A stretch of DNA of 20,000 nucleotides from an uncultured virus (IMG/VR IMGVR_UViG_3300046524_000568) (IMGVR_UViG_3300046524_000568), one strand, 5' to 3'; positions 1-9,404 are shown, numbered from the stretch's first letter. Notes: generated by a model from the letters alone, not told the origin. Program-made: numbers and translations.

Positions 1-386
1 CGGCGTATCGCGACGCACTGGACGCTGCGCTGGCCCCGCTGCCGTTGCGGCCCGAGGAACAGGACCCAAAGGTTAGTCCCGCCGATGTTGTTCGAGCAGC
101 GTGGGTCGCCGATGCGGCATTTGACGCAGCATTCGCCGCAGTGAGGGAGGAGGAAGCGGCTATTCGAGCGCAGATAGCGCAACTCGAACAGTCGCTCAAG
201 GGTGTCGCCGACCGGCACAACACCACCGAACTTGCAGCCGTTCGTCGCCAAGCCTATTCGGCGCTGAGCACTGCACGTAACGTGGCGGAAACCGCGGTGA
301 AGGCTCAATACCCCGACGTGGCCAACGTGTTCTCAGCTGCGCAGTGGGGCGCAATAGTCGACTTCGGTGCCGAAACGCAGAAGTGA
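1..386 (+). CDS. Hypothetical protein, 5'-partial, Ala-rich with a coiled-coil-like segment
   Basis: The frame of ORF 45..386 stays open back to the window edge (AYRDALDAALAPLPLRP...). Heptad-like 'AIRAQIAQLEQSLKGV'. TGA at 384-386. Confidence 0.6.
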   Translation, partial: AYRDALDAALAPLPLRPEEQDPKVSPADVVRAAWVADAAFDAAFAAVREEEAAIRAQIAQLEQSLKGVADRHNTTELAAVRRQAYSALSTARNVAETAVKAQYPDVANVFSAAQWGAIVDFGAETQK

Positions 387-425
387 CCCAGCCGCTCTGA
401 CAACCAAAAGACAAGGAACTCAGCC

Positions 426-626
426 ATGAAGCCCTACACCCCGGAAACCGACCGCGGCCGCGCAAGAGGTGGACACGACATCCATCATCGCACCGCGGAT
501 TTGCCGAAAGAAGGCGCGAACAAGGTCGCCAAGACCGCACGCCATGCTGCCCGTCAGGACGGCAAGGCCACAATCGCGCGCGAGCTTATCGCCGACGTGG
601 TCGCCGACCGTAGCCCGGCGCTTTGA
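426..626 (+). CDS. Small basic hypothetical protein (66 aa)
   Basis: ATG preceded by AAGGA (413-417). Fits the co-directional chain of small ORFs. Confidence 0.55.
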   Translation: MKPYTPETDRGRARGGHDIHHRTADLPKEGANKVAKTARHAARQDGKATIARELIADVVADRSPAL

Positions 627-637
627 ACGGACAAGCC

Positions 638-856
638 ATGACCACGAAGACGACGCTTGCGACGGAAACACCCGTACCCTGCCCGAAGTGCGGCAAGCAG
701 CCGGAAACCGTCAAGACTGGCTCGTACTGGATTACGCGCTGCGCCACCGCGCACATGTTTAAGGTCGCGGGCCACACAATGGGTACCAAGCGCGAAGCCA
801 TTCACGAATGGAACAACGCCTACAAGTCGAAGAGCGAAACGGAGAAGTCGTCGTGA
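638..856 (+). CDS. Lar-like (restriction alleviation family) Zn-ribbon small protein
   Basis: PCPKCG ... C-x3-H ... EAIHEWNN matches the Lar-family pattern (PCPxCG...C...AIxxWN). ATG at 638 with GGA upstream. Confidence 0.6.
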   Translation: MTTKTTLATETPVPCPKCGKQPETVKTGSYWITRCATAHMFKVAGHTMGTKREAIHEWNNAYKSKSETEKSS

Positions 857-1098
857 ACACGAACCCTGAGAAGAACGAATGTGCCGAACTGCCTATCCCG
901 CCGGTCCCTGACTGGATTGCAGCCGAAAACATGGACACGATGCCTATGGGATGGTATTGGGCCGAGTTCCCAGGAGGATGGGAGTTCTTCAAGCCCGCGC
1001 GCCTCGCCACGCTGGGCATCGACCACGGGCACAACGGCTGGCAGCCGCTCAGGGCAAAGCGCTACTGGGGACCGTTCAAGCCGCCAGGCGTCAACTAA
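853..1098 (+). CDS. Trp-rich small hypothetical protein, phage/plasmid-like
   Basis: The GTG start overlaps the upstream stop (GTGA, 853-856) with GGAG at 841-844. Contains 'GWYW' and 'YWGP' motifs. Confidence 0.55.
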   Translation: MNTNPEKNECAELPIPPVPDWIAAENMDTMPMGWYWAEFPGGWEFFKPARLATLGIDHGHNGWQPLRAKRYWGPFKPPGVN

Positions 1099-1149
1099 CC
1101 TGGAAGCCCCGCCTCACCAAACATCGAAGAACTGAAGAGAGAAGAAGCA

Positions 1150-2751
1150 ATGCGCAAGAAAGTCGTCATTGGATTTTTGGGCACGAAGCTGGACTCGGGG
1201 CTGACCGAGAAGCGCTGGGAGCGCTGGCGCCCGACGGTGGCCCTCTTCGGCCATGATAAGTTCGTGCCGGACGCTATCGAGTTGCTGACATTCAATGGCG
1301 ACTACCAGCCACTCGTCGAGCGCGTGACGTCCGACATCCAGTCCCTGAAGCCTGAGGCGCGTGTGACCACGCACAGCCTGCCGGTGACGGACGCATGGAG
1401 CTTCCAGCACGTCTACGCGGCGCTGCATGAATTCGCGCGCGGATATACGTTTCGCGACGACACCGACTACTACGTGCACCTCACGACCGGTACGCACGTG
1501 GCCCAGATTTGCCTGTTCCTGCTGACGGAATCCCGATACCTGCCGGCGCGTATCGTCGAAACGTTGTTGCCCAAGCGTGACTCGGACGCCGAGGCCTGGC
1601 GCGGCCGCCTGGAAGTCATCGACCTGGACCTGTCAAAGTATGACCAGCTCGCCAAGCGATTCCAGAAGGAAAGCGTCGAGAGCCAGGACCTGCTCAAGGG
1701 CGGCATCGTCACGAAGAACGCTGCGTTCAACGCACTCATCGGCCGGCTCGAACGGGTGGCGCTCAAGTCGACCGCCCCGCTGCTGCTGACCGGGCCGACT
1801 GGCGCGGGTAAGAGCGCACTCGCTCAGCGTGTGTACGAGCTGCGCGCCCGCCGCCATCTGGTCGAAGGCGCATTCGTCGAAGTGAATTGCGCGACGCTGC
1901 GCGGAGACAACGCAATGTCGGCGCTGTTTGGCCACAAGAAGGGTGCGTTCACTGGCGCGGTCTCGGACCGTCCGGGCCTGCTGCGCGCGGCCGACAACGG
2001 CACGCTCTTTCTCGACGAAATCGGCGAGCTGGGTCTCGATGAGCAGGCGATGCTGCTGCGCGCGCTCGAAGACAAGCGATTCCTGCCAATGGGTTCGGAC
2101 AAAGAAGTGACGAGCGAATTTCAGCTACTGGCTGGCACCAACCGGGACCTCTCGGCAGAAGTGGCGGCCGGACGCTTCCGTGCGGACCTGCTCGCGCGCA
2201 TTAACGTATGGCAGTTCAAGCTGCCCGGACTGGCCGAACGGCCGGAAGACATCGAGCCCAATCTCGATTTCGAACTGGAACGCGTGGCGCGTGAGCTGGG
2301 TGTGCACATCTCTATTTCGCGTGAAGCGCGGGAGTCGTTCCTCGAGTTTGCACTCGAGGCTTCCTGGCCGGGCAACTTCCGTGACTTGGCTGCCGCGGTA
2401 ACCCGTATGGCGACGCTAGCCGACGGCGGTCGTATCAGCGAAGCCGACGTCGAGTTCGAAGTAGAGCAGCTGCGTGACGCGTGGGGTTCATCGGGCAACC
2501 AGGAGTTGAACCGCAATCCGCGCATCGAGGCGATTCTCGCTGAGCACACGCTCGACCGGTTCGAGCGTGTGCAGCTCGCTGATGTGCTGCAGGTGGTCGA
2601 AGCCACGGACTCGATGGCTGAAGCGGGTCGCGTGCTCTACGCAGAGTCGCGCGCGTTGAAGGCTAATCCGAACGATTCGGACCGCATACGCAAGTTTCTG
2701 GCGCGGTTCGACATGGACTACGCCGAAACGAAGAAATTGTTGGCCGCTTGA
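1150..2751 (+). CDS. rtcR: RNA repair transcriptional activator RtcR (N-terminal CARF-like RtcR domain + sigma-54 AAA+ activator)
   Basis: Typical RtcR N-terminus (VVIGFLGTKLD..RWERWRPTV..YYVHLTTGTHVAQIC), Walker A GPTGAGKS, 'NCATLRGDNAMSALFGHKKGAFTGA', Walker B LFLDEIG, FRADL, WPGNFRDL and C-terminal NDSDRIRKFLARF. Confidence 0.95.
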   Translation: MRKKVVIGFLGTKLDSGLTEKRWERWRPTVALFGHDKFVPDAIELLTFNGDYQPLVERVTSDIQSLKPEARVTTHSLPVTDAWSFQHVYAALHEFARGYTFRDDTDYYVHLTTGTHVAQICLFLLTESRYLPARIVETLLPKRDSDAEAWRGRLEVIDLDLSKYDQLAKRFQKESVESQDLLKGGIVTKNAAFNALIGRLERVALKSTAPLLLTGPTGAGKSALAQRVYELRARRHLVEGAFVEVNCATLRGDNAMSALFGHKKGAFTGAVSDRPGLLRAADNGTLFLDEIGELGLDEQAMLLRALEDKRFLPMGSDKEVTSEFQLLAGTNRDLSAEVAAGRFRADLLARINVWQFKLPGLAERPEDIEPNLDFELERVARELGVHISISREARESFLEFALEASWPGNFRDLAAAVTRMATLADGGRISEADVEFEVEQLRDAWGSSGNQELNRNPRIEAILAEHTLDRFERVQLADVLQVVEATDSMAEAGRVLYAESRALKANPNDSDRIRKFLARFDMDYAETKKLLAA

Positions 2752-2813
2752 GACGTTTTGATACGATGACCGCCGCGCCGAGCCGCGCATCGGGAACCAG
2801 CGAAGGAACAGTT

Positions 2814-3209
2814 ATGTCCAGCACCGAGTTGAAGACGCCAGGCAAGCCGTGCGCGTCATGCCCCTGGCGAAAGGAGAGCACGGCCGCGGACATTCCGAAC
2901 TTCAGCCTCGAGCTGGCCGAAGGACTCGCTTCGTGCAGCCCGGACAGTCGCAATATCGGCCCGGAATGGAACGCGAAGCTCTGCGCCTGCCACCAGTCGA
3001 AACCACGCGCGGAGTTCGTGTGCGCGGGCTGGCTGGCTGTCGCCGGCCACCGGCATCCGCAGGTACGATTCGCCGTTTTCTCCAAGGACCTCCACGAAGC
3101 CGCGCTCGAGCCGGGCGCGGACTGGCCGGAACTGCACAGGAGCTATCCCGAGGTGCTCGAAAAACTTCGGGCTACGATGCCCGAATCCGTCGAAAAGGAC
3201 GACCAATGA
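2814..3209 (+). CDS. Cys/His-rich metal-binding protein, DUF6283-like
   Basis: Motifs PCASCPWRK, ACHQS and CAGWL. ATG at 2814 with AAGGA upstream; the ORF-track start at 2748 is an in-frame TTG. Family recalled from the motif, not searched. Confidence 0.7.
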   Translation: MSSTELKTPGKPCASCPWRKESTAADIPNFSLELAEGLASCSPDSRNIGPEWNAKLCACHQSKPRAEFVCAGWLAVAGHRHPQVRFAVFSKDLHEAALEPGADWPELHRSYPEVLEKLRATMPESVEKDDQ

Positions 3210-3469
3210 AGTTTGGCCAACACGAAATACCAGACTCGCTCTTCGACATGGCACGCGAGCGCATGCGTCGCGATGACACGTTCAGGCCCGATGACATCCG
3301 CCAGCATCTGGTGGCGGATGGCGAGGAGTACATGTTGTTCGTCAACAGTATTCCGTCGAACTGGCGAATCATCGCGGACCGCGTCACGCGCGCCTGCATT
3401 GACGAAATGCGCGACGCGGGCGAAATCGAGCAACTCAAGAAAGGCGTGTGGACGCGCGCAAACAAATAA
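3206..3469 (+). CDS. Hypothetical protein (87 aa), possibly winged-helix-like
   Basis: ATGA overlap with the previous stop and AAGGA upstream. The C-terminus 'IDEMRDAGEIEQLKKGVW' resembles a helix-wing end. Confidence 0.65.
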   Translation: MKFGQHEIPDSLFDMARERMRRDDTFRPDDIRQHLVADGEEYMLFVNSIPSNWRIIADRVTRACIDEMRDAGEIEQLKKGVWTRANK

Positions 3470-3520
3470 CTATTGACCTCATAGATAGCAGGTCATTGCA
3501 GGCCTGAACTCCGATTGTAG

Positions 3521-3549
3521 TTGCGAATAGTTCATTTAACGATATACTA
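3521..3549 (+). promoter_or_regulatory. Putative sigma-70 promoter of the dsb gene (TTGCGA-16-TATACT)
   Basis: AT-rich intergenic region with -35 at 3521-3526 and -10 at 3543-3548. Contains AACGATATACTA, also found at 19270-19281 (-). Confidence 0.55.
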
Positions 3550-3589
3550 TTGATATTCGCATCACCTCACACGCAATCGGAGTAACACA

Positions 3590-4441
3590 ATGCTGAAGAA
3601 GAAACTCATCGGCCTGGCACTGCTGGCCTCGTTTGGTACGGCAGGTGCATTTGCCGCTTCCACCACCCCCGCGGCTGACGCGCCGTACTCTGGCGCAGTG
3701 CCGGCCGTGCTGCAACACGCACAGCAGGTAGGCGGGTTGGAAATCTACAAGAATTTCCCGGCCGCGGGCGGCCTGCATGGCTGGGTCGTGAAGGACCGCT
3801 CGTCGAAGTACATTATCGTCTACACGACGCCGGATGACACCGTTCTGCTGGCGGGCATCGCGCTCGATGCTACCGGCAAGAATCTGAGCAACGACTACAC
3901 GAACCAGTATGTCCCGGCGACGGACTACACGCCAGCGTACAAGGCATTCACCACGGAAGCGACGAGCGTGCTGTGGGGTAACCCTAAGGCGCAGGCTGAA
4001 ATGACTATCGTGACGGACCCGAACTGCCCGTTCTGTCAGCGCCTCGAGGCGATGCTCATTAAGGCGGTCGACGACGGCAAGCTGAAGGTGCACCTGGTGC
4101 CGGTAGGCTTCGAAGCACCGGATTCGCCGCAAAAGGCTGCTGGCCTGCTGCAGACGAAGGACGTGAGCGCATACATGACCTCGGACATCGTGCGCGGCCC
4201 GGTCGAGCAAAGCACGGACGCGGACCTGGCTGCGAAGGTCAAGGCGAACTGGGCGCTGATGTCGAAGTACGGCCTGAACGGTACGCCGGCTGTGTTCTAC
4301 ATGACGGGCAAGGCTGGCTCGCAGACGCTGAACGTTTCGCCGGGCGTGCCGAACATGACGGAACTGCTGACCAAGCTGGGTCTGGAAAGCTACCTGCCCG
4401 CAATTAAAGCGGACCCGAAGTTCGCGCAGTACGCACGCTAA
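3590..4441 (+). CDS. dsbG: Periplasmic thiol:disulfide interchange protein, DsbG/DsbC family
   Basis: Sec signal peptide (…AGAFA). DsbG-like N-terminal domain (GLHGWVV..IVYTTPD..LLAG), DPNCPFC active site and GTP cis-Pro loop. GGAG RBS. Confidence 0.85.
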   Translation: MLKKKLIGLALLASFGTAGAFAASTTPAADAPYSGAVPAVLQHAQQVGGLEIYKNFPAAGGLHGWVVKDRSSKYIIVYTTPDDTVLLAGIALDATGKNLSNDYTNQYVPATDYTPAYKAFTTEATSVLWGNPKAQAEMTIVTDPNCPFCQRLEAMLIKAVDDGKLKVHLVPVGFEAPDSPQKAAGLLQTKDVSAYMTSDIVRGPVEQSTDADLAAKVKANWALMSKYGLNGTPAVFYMTGKAGSQTLNVSPGVPNMTELLTKLGLESYLPAIKADPKFAQYAR

Positions 4442-4450
4442 GAAGACAAA

Positions 4451-4481
4451 GGCCGCTCAGCTGAAATCAGCGTGAGCGGCC
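4451..4481 (+). terminator. Long GC hairpin directly after the dsb gene
   Basis: GGCCGCTCA-GCTGA-aa-TCAGC-g-TGAGCGGCC. U-tail is weak. Confidence 0.45.
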
Positions 4482-4497
4482 CTACTTCAAGCAGCTA

Positions 4498-4537
4498 AAG
4501 AAAGGAGGCAGGCGCGAGCCCGCCTCCTTTTTTATTT
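4498..4537. terminator. Bidirectional rho-independent terminator between the convergent dsb and P1 genes
   Basis: AAAGGAGGC(a)GGC-gcga-GCC(c)GCCTCCTTT, flanked by A- and T-runs. Confidence 0.8.
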
Positions 4538-6238
4538 GCCCCAGAGATAGTAGGTCGTCGGCGCGCTGAACGCACCGAATCCTTGGCCGCCCTGAATCCC
4601 CAAACCGATTGCAAAATCATCACAGCCATTGAGGGTTGCGGTCGCGGTCTCATCGACGGCCCATCCGTATTTCGCGCCGGCACAGACCCCGTTACTCGGC
4701 GTATATTCGCCAAAATTGAAGCCAAAGCGCGCCTGCTTGATGAGGGTGCCTCCGCCCAGGTCTTTCGGGTAGTTCGTCGCATAGCTCGACCAGTTTGGCG
4801 AGACTTGTGGAACGCCAGCAACGTCGCCGCTGACGACGGTCATTTTCGCATCCGCCATCGCCGACATTGCTGTCTGGGTGCTTACCGCTGTGGTTCTGAG
4901 CGTCGATTCATTTGCCGCCTGCAGCACGAGCGCGGAGACCGGTACTTTGCTGAACGCGCTCGATACGTAGTTGCCGTCAGCCATACTGGCTCCCGTCGGG
5001 TCGTTCAGGGTCGTGCCTGTCCAGTATGCGGTGCCCCAGCGCAGCGTGCTCGAATCGTTCTGCGCCTGCTTCATGAGAAGCATCCATCCGCCGCCGTTCG
5101 TGGTCTGGTTGCAGTAGACGTCCATGGTCGAACCACCAACGGCAACACGGTAGACGCCATTGCCCGTCGCACCGGAATAGTAGTACGGCGCGCTCGGCGC
5201 CAGGTACGCCTGGCAACTCGCCGCATACGTGCCGTCCGACCATGCGCGATAGCTTCCGTTGTTCGCCACGTTCGCATTGACCGACATGCTGTAGGCCTTG
5301 CTGCCCGAGCTGAGCAGATACGCAGCCTTCACCCCGAACGACGCGGCCCCGACCGTTGTGGGCGAGCCAGAAATTACGCCATCGCCCGTGAGCGACAACC
5401 CGCCGGGCAGCGCACCGCTCGAGAGCGACCACGTGATGCCGGCGCCATTGCCGGCGTACGCGGTGTCACCGGTGACCTGAAGGTTCTGCTTGAGGTCGTA
5501 GCTGTACGCGGTGCCCGCCGTGAGCATGGGGAACGACACATCCGAGAGCGCCACGGTAACGGTCGCAACAACCAACTGATACGTGCGCTGGCCGGCGCGG
5601 TTCATGTAGCTGGCCTGCACGGCAACAGGGAACGTGCCGCCAGCCGTAGGCGTCCCGCTAAGCGTGCCGTTTGCATTGAGCTGCACCCCCGCGGGCAAAG
5701 GGCCGCTCATAAGCGACCACGTCACCTGCGCGGGGGTGTATTGCGGGTCGCCGGCCACCTGCAGATTCTGCTTCAGGTCATAGCTGTACGGTGTGCCCTG
5801 CACGCCCGGCGGGAGCGTCGCGCTCGCGAGGCCCACGACGATGTCGGCAATCATCACCTGGTAAGCCTGCTGACCTGCTTTGGTCTTGTACGCCGCCAGC
5901 ACCTGGAAGCTCGATGTCGCGGCGGCAGTCGGCGTGCCGCTGAGTTTGCCGTCGCCGCTCAGGGAGAGCCCAGCCGGCAGCGCGCCACTGGCCACGGACC
6001 AGCGAACACTGCTCTGGCTGTACGACGGGTCTCCGAGCACCTGGAGCACCGAATTGAAATCGAAGCCTCCATACGCGCGTCCGACGACGCCCGTCGGAAG
6101 CGAATATGCGTTGAGCGTGACGAGGATATTGCCCGCCGTGGCCGAGCGGCTGGGAACCGGCACAACAACAAAATAGTCGGAGGCGAAGGTGGAAAAGCTT
6201 GCGGCCGCGAGCAATGCGGCACTGACGGTCTTTTTCAT
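4532..6238 (-). CDS. P1: secreted putative adhesin/lectin; 3 He_PIG/Ig-like repeats + fibrinogen-like YCxxxxxGGGW neck + head type A
   Basis: Signal peptide MKKTVS..TFA, then SDYFVVVPVPSR. Three 'WS...G.LP.GL.L...G.LSGTPT' repeats. ASCQAY..GVY..VYCNQTTNGGGWMLLMK. Ends TYYLWGK. Confidence 0.9.
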   Translation of the reverse strand: MKKTVSAALLAAASFSTFASDYFVVVPVPSRSATAGNILVTLNAYSLPTGVVGRAYGGFDFNSVLQVLGDPSYSQSSVRWSVASGALPAGLSLSGDGKLSGTPTAAATSSFQVLAAYKTKAGQQAYQVMIADIVVGLASATLPPGVQGTPYSYDLKQNLQVAGDPQYTPAQVTWSLMSGPLPAGVQLNANGTLSGTPTAGGTFPVAVQASYMNRAGQRTYQLVVATVTVALSDVSFPMLTAGTAYSYDLKQNLQVTGDTAYAGNGAGITWSLSSGALPGGLSLTGDGVISGSPTTVGAASFGVKAAYLLSSGSKAYSMSVNANVANNGSYRAWSDGTYAASCQAYLAPSAPYYYSGATGNGVYRVAVGGSTMDVYCNQTTNGGGWMLLMKQAQNDSSTLRWGTAYWTGTTLNDPTGASMADGNYVSSAFSKVPVSALVLQAANESTLRTTAVSTQTAMSAMADAKMTVVSGDVAGVPQVSPNWSSYATNYPKDLGGGTLIKQARFGFNFGEYTPSNGVCAGAKYGWAVDETATATLNGCDDFAIGLGIQGGQGFGAFSAPTTYYLWGK

Positions 6239-6268
6239 GGAAAGCGTGGGTGGCGTTGTCGTTGCAAT

Positions 6269-6274
6269 GTATAG
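6269..6274 (-). promoter_or_regulatory. CTATAC box 30 nt upstream of the P1 start
   Basis: Same hexamer at the same spacing as before P3, P5, P6 and P7. Confidence 0.55.
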
Positions 6275-6320
6275 CTTCGACCGGCGTAACCAGCTGCGGC
6301 ATGCCGGTCAAATCGGCCGG

Positions 6321-7763
6321 TTATTTGGCCCAGAGGTACAGCGTCGCCGGTTGCCAGGCTCCCGGGTTGTTGTTCATCCAGGACAGCCCATAATGTGAGC
6401 CATATCCGCCCAGGCCGCCGCACACATCGTTGGACCCGTTCAATGGGCTCGATGCCAGATTCTCATTAGACGACCATCCCCATCGCGCGCCACAGGGCAA
6501 ATCAGTGCCTGCGACGACGTCTACAGTCTCCATGAAGTTGAATCCGAAGCGGGACTGGGTGATGACCGTCCCAGCCGGATAAGTCGTCGCGTGAATGAAC
6601 CAGTCCGGGTCAACCTGAGGCACGCCGTTGGCATCGTCGTAAAGGGTGCGGTTGGCGTTGCTGAACGCGACGAGCGGGGTCGACGCGGCGCGTGAATACG
6701 TCTTCACCGTCGACTCATTGGCCGCCTGCAGCAGGTACTGCGTTGCGCTCATTCGTGCAAACATTGCTGATACGAAGTTGCCGTCGCTCATGTTCCGCCC
6801 GGCCGCAGTGTCGTTAAGCACCGTTCCGGTCGTCCAGTAGGTCGTATCCCCCTCGAGCGTGGCCCCATCGCCCTGCGCCTGTTTCATCAGCAACGTCCAT
6901 CCGCCGCCATTCGTCGTCTGGTTGCAATACACGTCCGTTGCCGCGCCGCTGACACTGATGCGATACACACCGTCACCGGTCGCTCCGGAATAGACGTAAG
7001 GCGCGCTCGGCGCCAGGTACGCCTGGCAGCTCGCCGCGTATGTGCCGTCCGACCATGCCCGATAGCTTCCGTTGTTCACGACGTTCGCTTGAACCGACAG
7101 GCTGTAATTCGCCGAGCTCGAACCCTCCTGATAGCTCGCCTTGAGGGTGAAAGGAAAAGTTCCTGCTGCGGTCGGCGTTCCGGTGAGCTTTCCATCGGCG
7201 CCGAGCTGCACCCCGGTGGGCAACGCACCGCCGCTCAGCGACCAGCCTACCAACGTCGGCGAGTATTGAGGGTCACCCGTAACCTGGAGATTCGGCTTCA
7301 CGTCCCAGCTGTAGGCCGCTCCCGCCACGCCGCCGGGAAGGGTCGCCCCAGCCAGGCTCACGACAAGCTCCGCCACAAGCACCTGATAGCTTTGCTGGCC
7401 TGCCTTGGTCTTGTAGGCGGCCATGACCTGAAAGCTCGATGATGCCGCCGCGGTCGGAGTGCCTGAGAGCTTTCCGTCCGCGCCAAGTAGGAGGCCCGCT
7501 GGCAATGTGCCCCCCACCACGGACCAGCGAACACTTCCCGGCGTGTACGCGGGGTCACCGAGTACCTGCAAGACAGTGTTGAAGTCGAAGCCCCCATATG
7601 GGCGGCCGACAACGCCAGCCGCCAACGAATAGCCGTTGAGCGTGACGAGAATATTGCCCGAGCTCGCTGCACGGTTTGGCACCGGAACGACGACGAAATA
7701 GTCGGCGGAGAAAACAGAGATGCTGGTGGCCGCGAGCACGGCGGCGAGTAGTGTTTTTTTCAT
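6321..7763 (-). CDS. P2: secreted Ig-repeat (2) + fibrinogen-like neck + head type A
   Basis: Same architecture as P1. Starts 6 nt after the P3 stop. Ends PATLYLWAK. Confidence 0.9.
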   Translation of the reverse strand: MKKTLLAAVLAATSISVFSADYFVVVPVPNRAASSGNILVTLNGYSLAAGVVGRPYGGFDFNTVLQVLGDPAYTPGSVRWSVVGGTLPAGLLLGADGKLSGTPTAAASSSFQVMAAYKTKAGQQSYQVLVAELVVSLAGATLPGGVAGAAYSWDVKPNLQVTGDPQYSPTLVGWSLSGGALPTGVQLGADGKLTGTPTAAGTFPFTLKASYQEGSSSANYSLSVQANVVNNGSYRAWSDGTYAASCQAYLAPSAPYVYSGATGDGVYRISVSGAATDVYCNQTTNGGGWTLLMKQAQGDGATLEGDTTYWTTGTVLNDTAAGRNMSDGNFVSAMFARMSATQYLLQAANESTVKTYSRAASTPLVAFSNANRTLYDDANGVPQVDPDWFIHATTYPAGTVITQSRFGFNFMETVDVVAGTDLPCGARWGWSSNENLASSPLNGSNDVCGGLGGYGSHYGLSWMNNNPGAWQPATLYLWAK

Positions 7764-7769
7764 GTGAAA

Positions 7770-9404
7770 TTAGCGAACGAAAAGCCAACCTTGCTGCTTG
7801 TTGATATAGCCGCCCCACCCCATCGGCCAGCCCGAGGCAGCATCGTCACTCCCGTCGTTGTAGCCGCTGTTCCATCCATTCGGAAAGAGGCCATAGACGC
7901 CAGAGGTTTCCGCCCAATCGCGGAGGAAGAACGCATCCGTGCGTGCGGTGAATCCAATGCTTCGGGCCATACCGAAATTCGGATTACCGCCTGCTACCGG
8001 CGTCGGATTACTCAACTGAATACCTGTCGAGGCCCAACTGCCCGGGAATCCACTCGGCAAATTGGTCTGATAGACGTATGCGCCCCACGTGAAATTTCCC
8101 GCAAAATTCCCGAGGAGGCTCTGAGTCGGATTGAGCGCCGCTGTATTGCCGAGCGAATACGGCACAGCTTCATTTGTCAGCGAACCTTGTGCACTGGTCC
8201 AGCCGAAGACGCCTGTCCCGCCGCTCGCGCTGCGGCCAACAAGGGTCCACCCTCCGCCTGCCGTGGTCATGTCGCAATAGACGTCGGTTGGCGTTCCACC
8301 AAGGCTGATGCGATAAACACCGTTCCCGGTTGCTCCCGTGTACAGATAAGTGCCAGTGGGATTCCGATAGGCGTTGCAGGTCGCTGCAAAAGAGCCATCC
8401 GACCACGCGCGGTGACCGCCGTTCGCTACGACGTTGGCCGTCACCTTCAGAGCGTAGCTCGCCGGCGCGGACGTCTTGGTCTTGTAGCTGGCCGAAACCT
8501 GAAGCGTGTTCACGCCGGCTGTGCTCGGCGCGCCGGCGATAACGCCGGCCGCATCCATCGACAATCCGGCAGGAAGTGGACCGGCTGCGCTCCAATTTAC
8601 GCCAGCTCCGGCGCCGGCATACCCAGCGTCTCCAGACACGGCGACGTGCTGTTTCAGGTCGTAGGTGTACGCGGCTCCCGCCGGCGCGTCAGGCAATGTT
8701 GCAGAAGCCAGGCTGATGGTGATTGCGCCAACCACAATCTGGTAGCTTTGCTGCCCGGGCTTGGTGAGATAGCTCGCCTTGACTGTGAAAGAATAGGTCC
8801 CCTCCGCGCCTGGCACCCCAGAAATCGTGCCGTCAGAATTGAGCTGAAGACCGGCAGGCAAGGCGCCGCTCGCTAGCGCCCATGACACCTGCGAAGACGT
8901 ATATTGCGGGTCACCTGTGACTGCCAGGAGACTCTTCAGGTCGTAGCTGTATTGCGCGCCCTGAACGGCAGCCGGCATGGCCGTGTTCCCTGCCAATGCG
9001 ACGTTGATGTCTGCGACGAAAACCTGATACGCCTGCTGGCCCGCTTTTGTTTTGTAGCTTGCCATCACCTGGAAGCTCGAGGTGGCGGCCGCAGTCGGTG
9101 TGCCGCTCAACCTACCGTCCGCGCCAAGCGAGAGTCCCACCGGCAGCGCGCCGCCAGCGAGGGACCATCGTACGTTGCTGGTGCTAAAGCTTGGGTCGCC
9201 CTTGACCTGTAGAACCGCCTTGAAATCAAAGCCTGCGTAAGACCGGCCAAGAACGCCCGCCGGCAGCGAATATCCATTGAGCGTAACGAGGATATTGCCC
9301 GCGGTCGCTGTTCGATTTGGGACAGGAACGACAACGAAATAGTCCGACGCAAACGCCGAAATGCTGCCGGCGGCGAGCAAGGTGGCAAGGATGGGTTTTT
9401 TCAT
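7770..9404 (-). CDS. P3: secreted Ig-repeat (3) + fibrinogen-like neck + head type B
   Basis: Start set at MKKPIL (9404) by homology to the paralogs. YCDMTTAGGGWTLVGR. Ends GWLFVR. Confidence 0.9.
   Translation of the reverse strand: MKKPILATLLAAGSISAFASDYFVVVPVPNRTATAGNILVTLNGYSLPAGVLGRSYAGFDFKAVLQVKGDPSFSTSNVRWSLAGGALPVGLSLGADGRLSGTPTAAATSSFQVMASYKTKAGQQAYQVFVADINVALAGNTAMPAAVQGAQYSYDLKSLLAVTGDPQYTSSQVSWALASGALPAGLQLNSDGTISGVPGAEGTYSFTVKASYLTKPGQQSYQIVVGAITISLASATLPDAPAGAAYTYDLKQHVAVSGDAGYAGAGAGVNWSAAGPLPAGLSMDAAGVIAGAPSTAGVNTLQVSASYKTKTSAPASYALKVTANVVANGGHRAWSDGSFAATCNAYRNPTGTYLYTGATGNGVYRISLGGTPTDVYCDMTTAGGGWTLVGRSASGGTGVFGWTSAQGSLTNEAVPYSLGNTAALNPTQSLLGNFAGNFTWGAYVYQTNLPSGFPGSWASTGIQLSNPTPVAGGNPNFGMARSIGFTARTDAFFLRDWAETSGVYGLFPNGWNSGYNDGSDDAASGWPMGWGGYINKQQGWLFVR

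Noticed and set aside
2849..3205. 206-aa version of ORF 2849..3469
   Set aside because: Its 5' part overlaps the DUF6283-like gene out of frame. The coupled ATG at 3206 with an RBS is the better start.
6279..6309. GACCGGC...GCCGGTC inverted repeat as a P2 terminator
   Set aside because: Large loop and no U-tract; likely by chance in GC-rich DNA.
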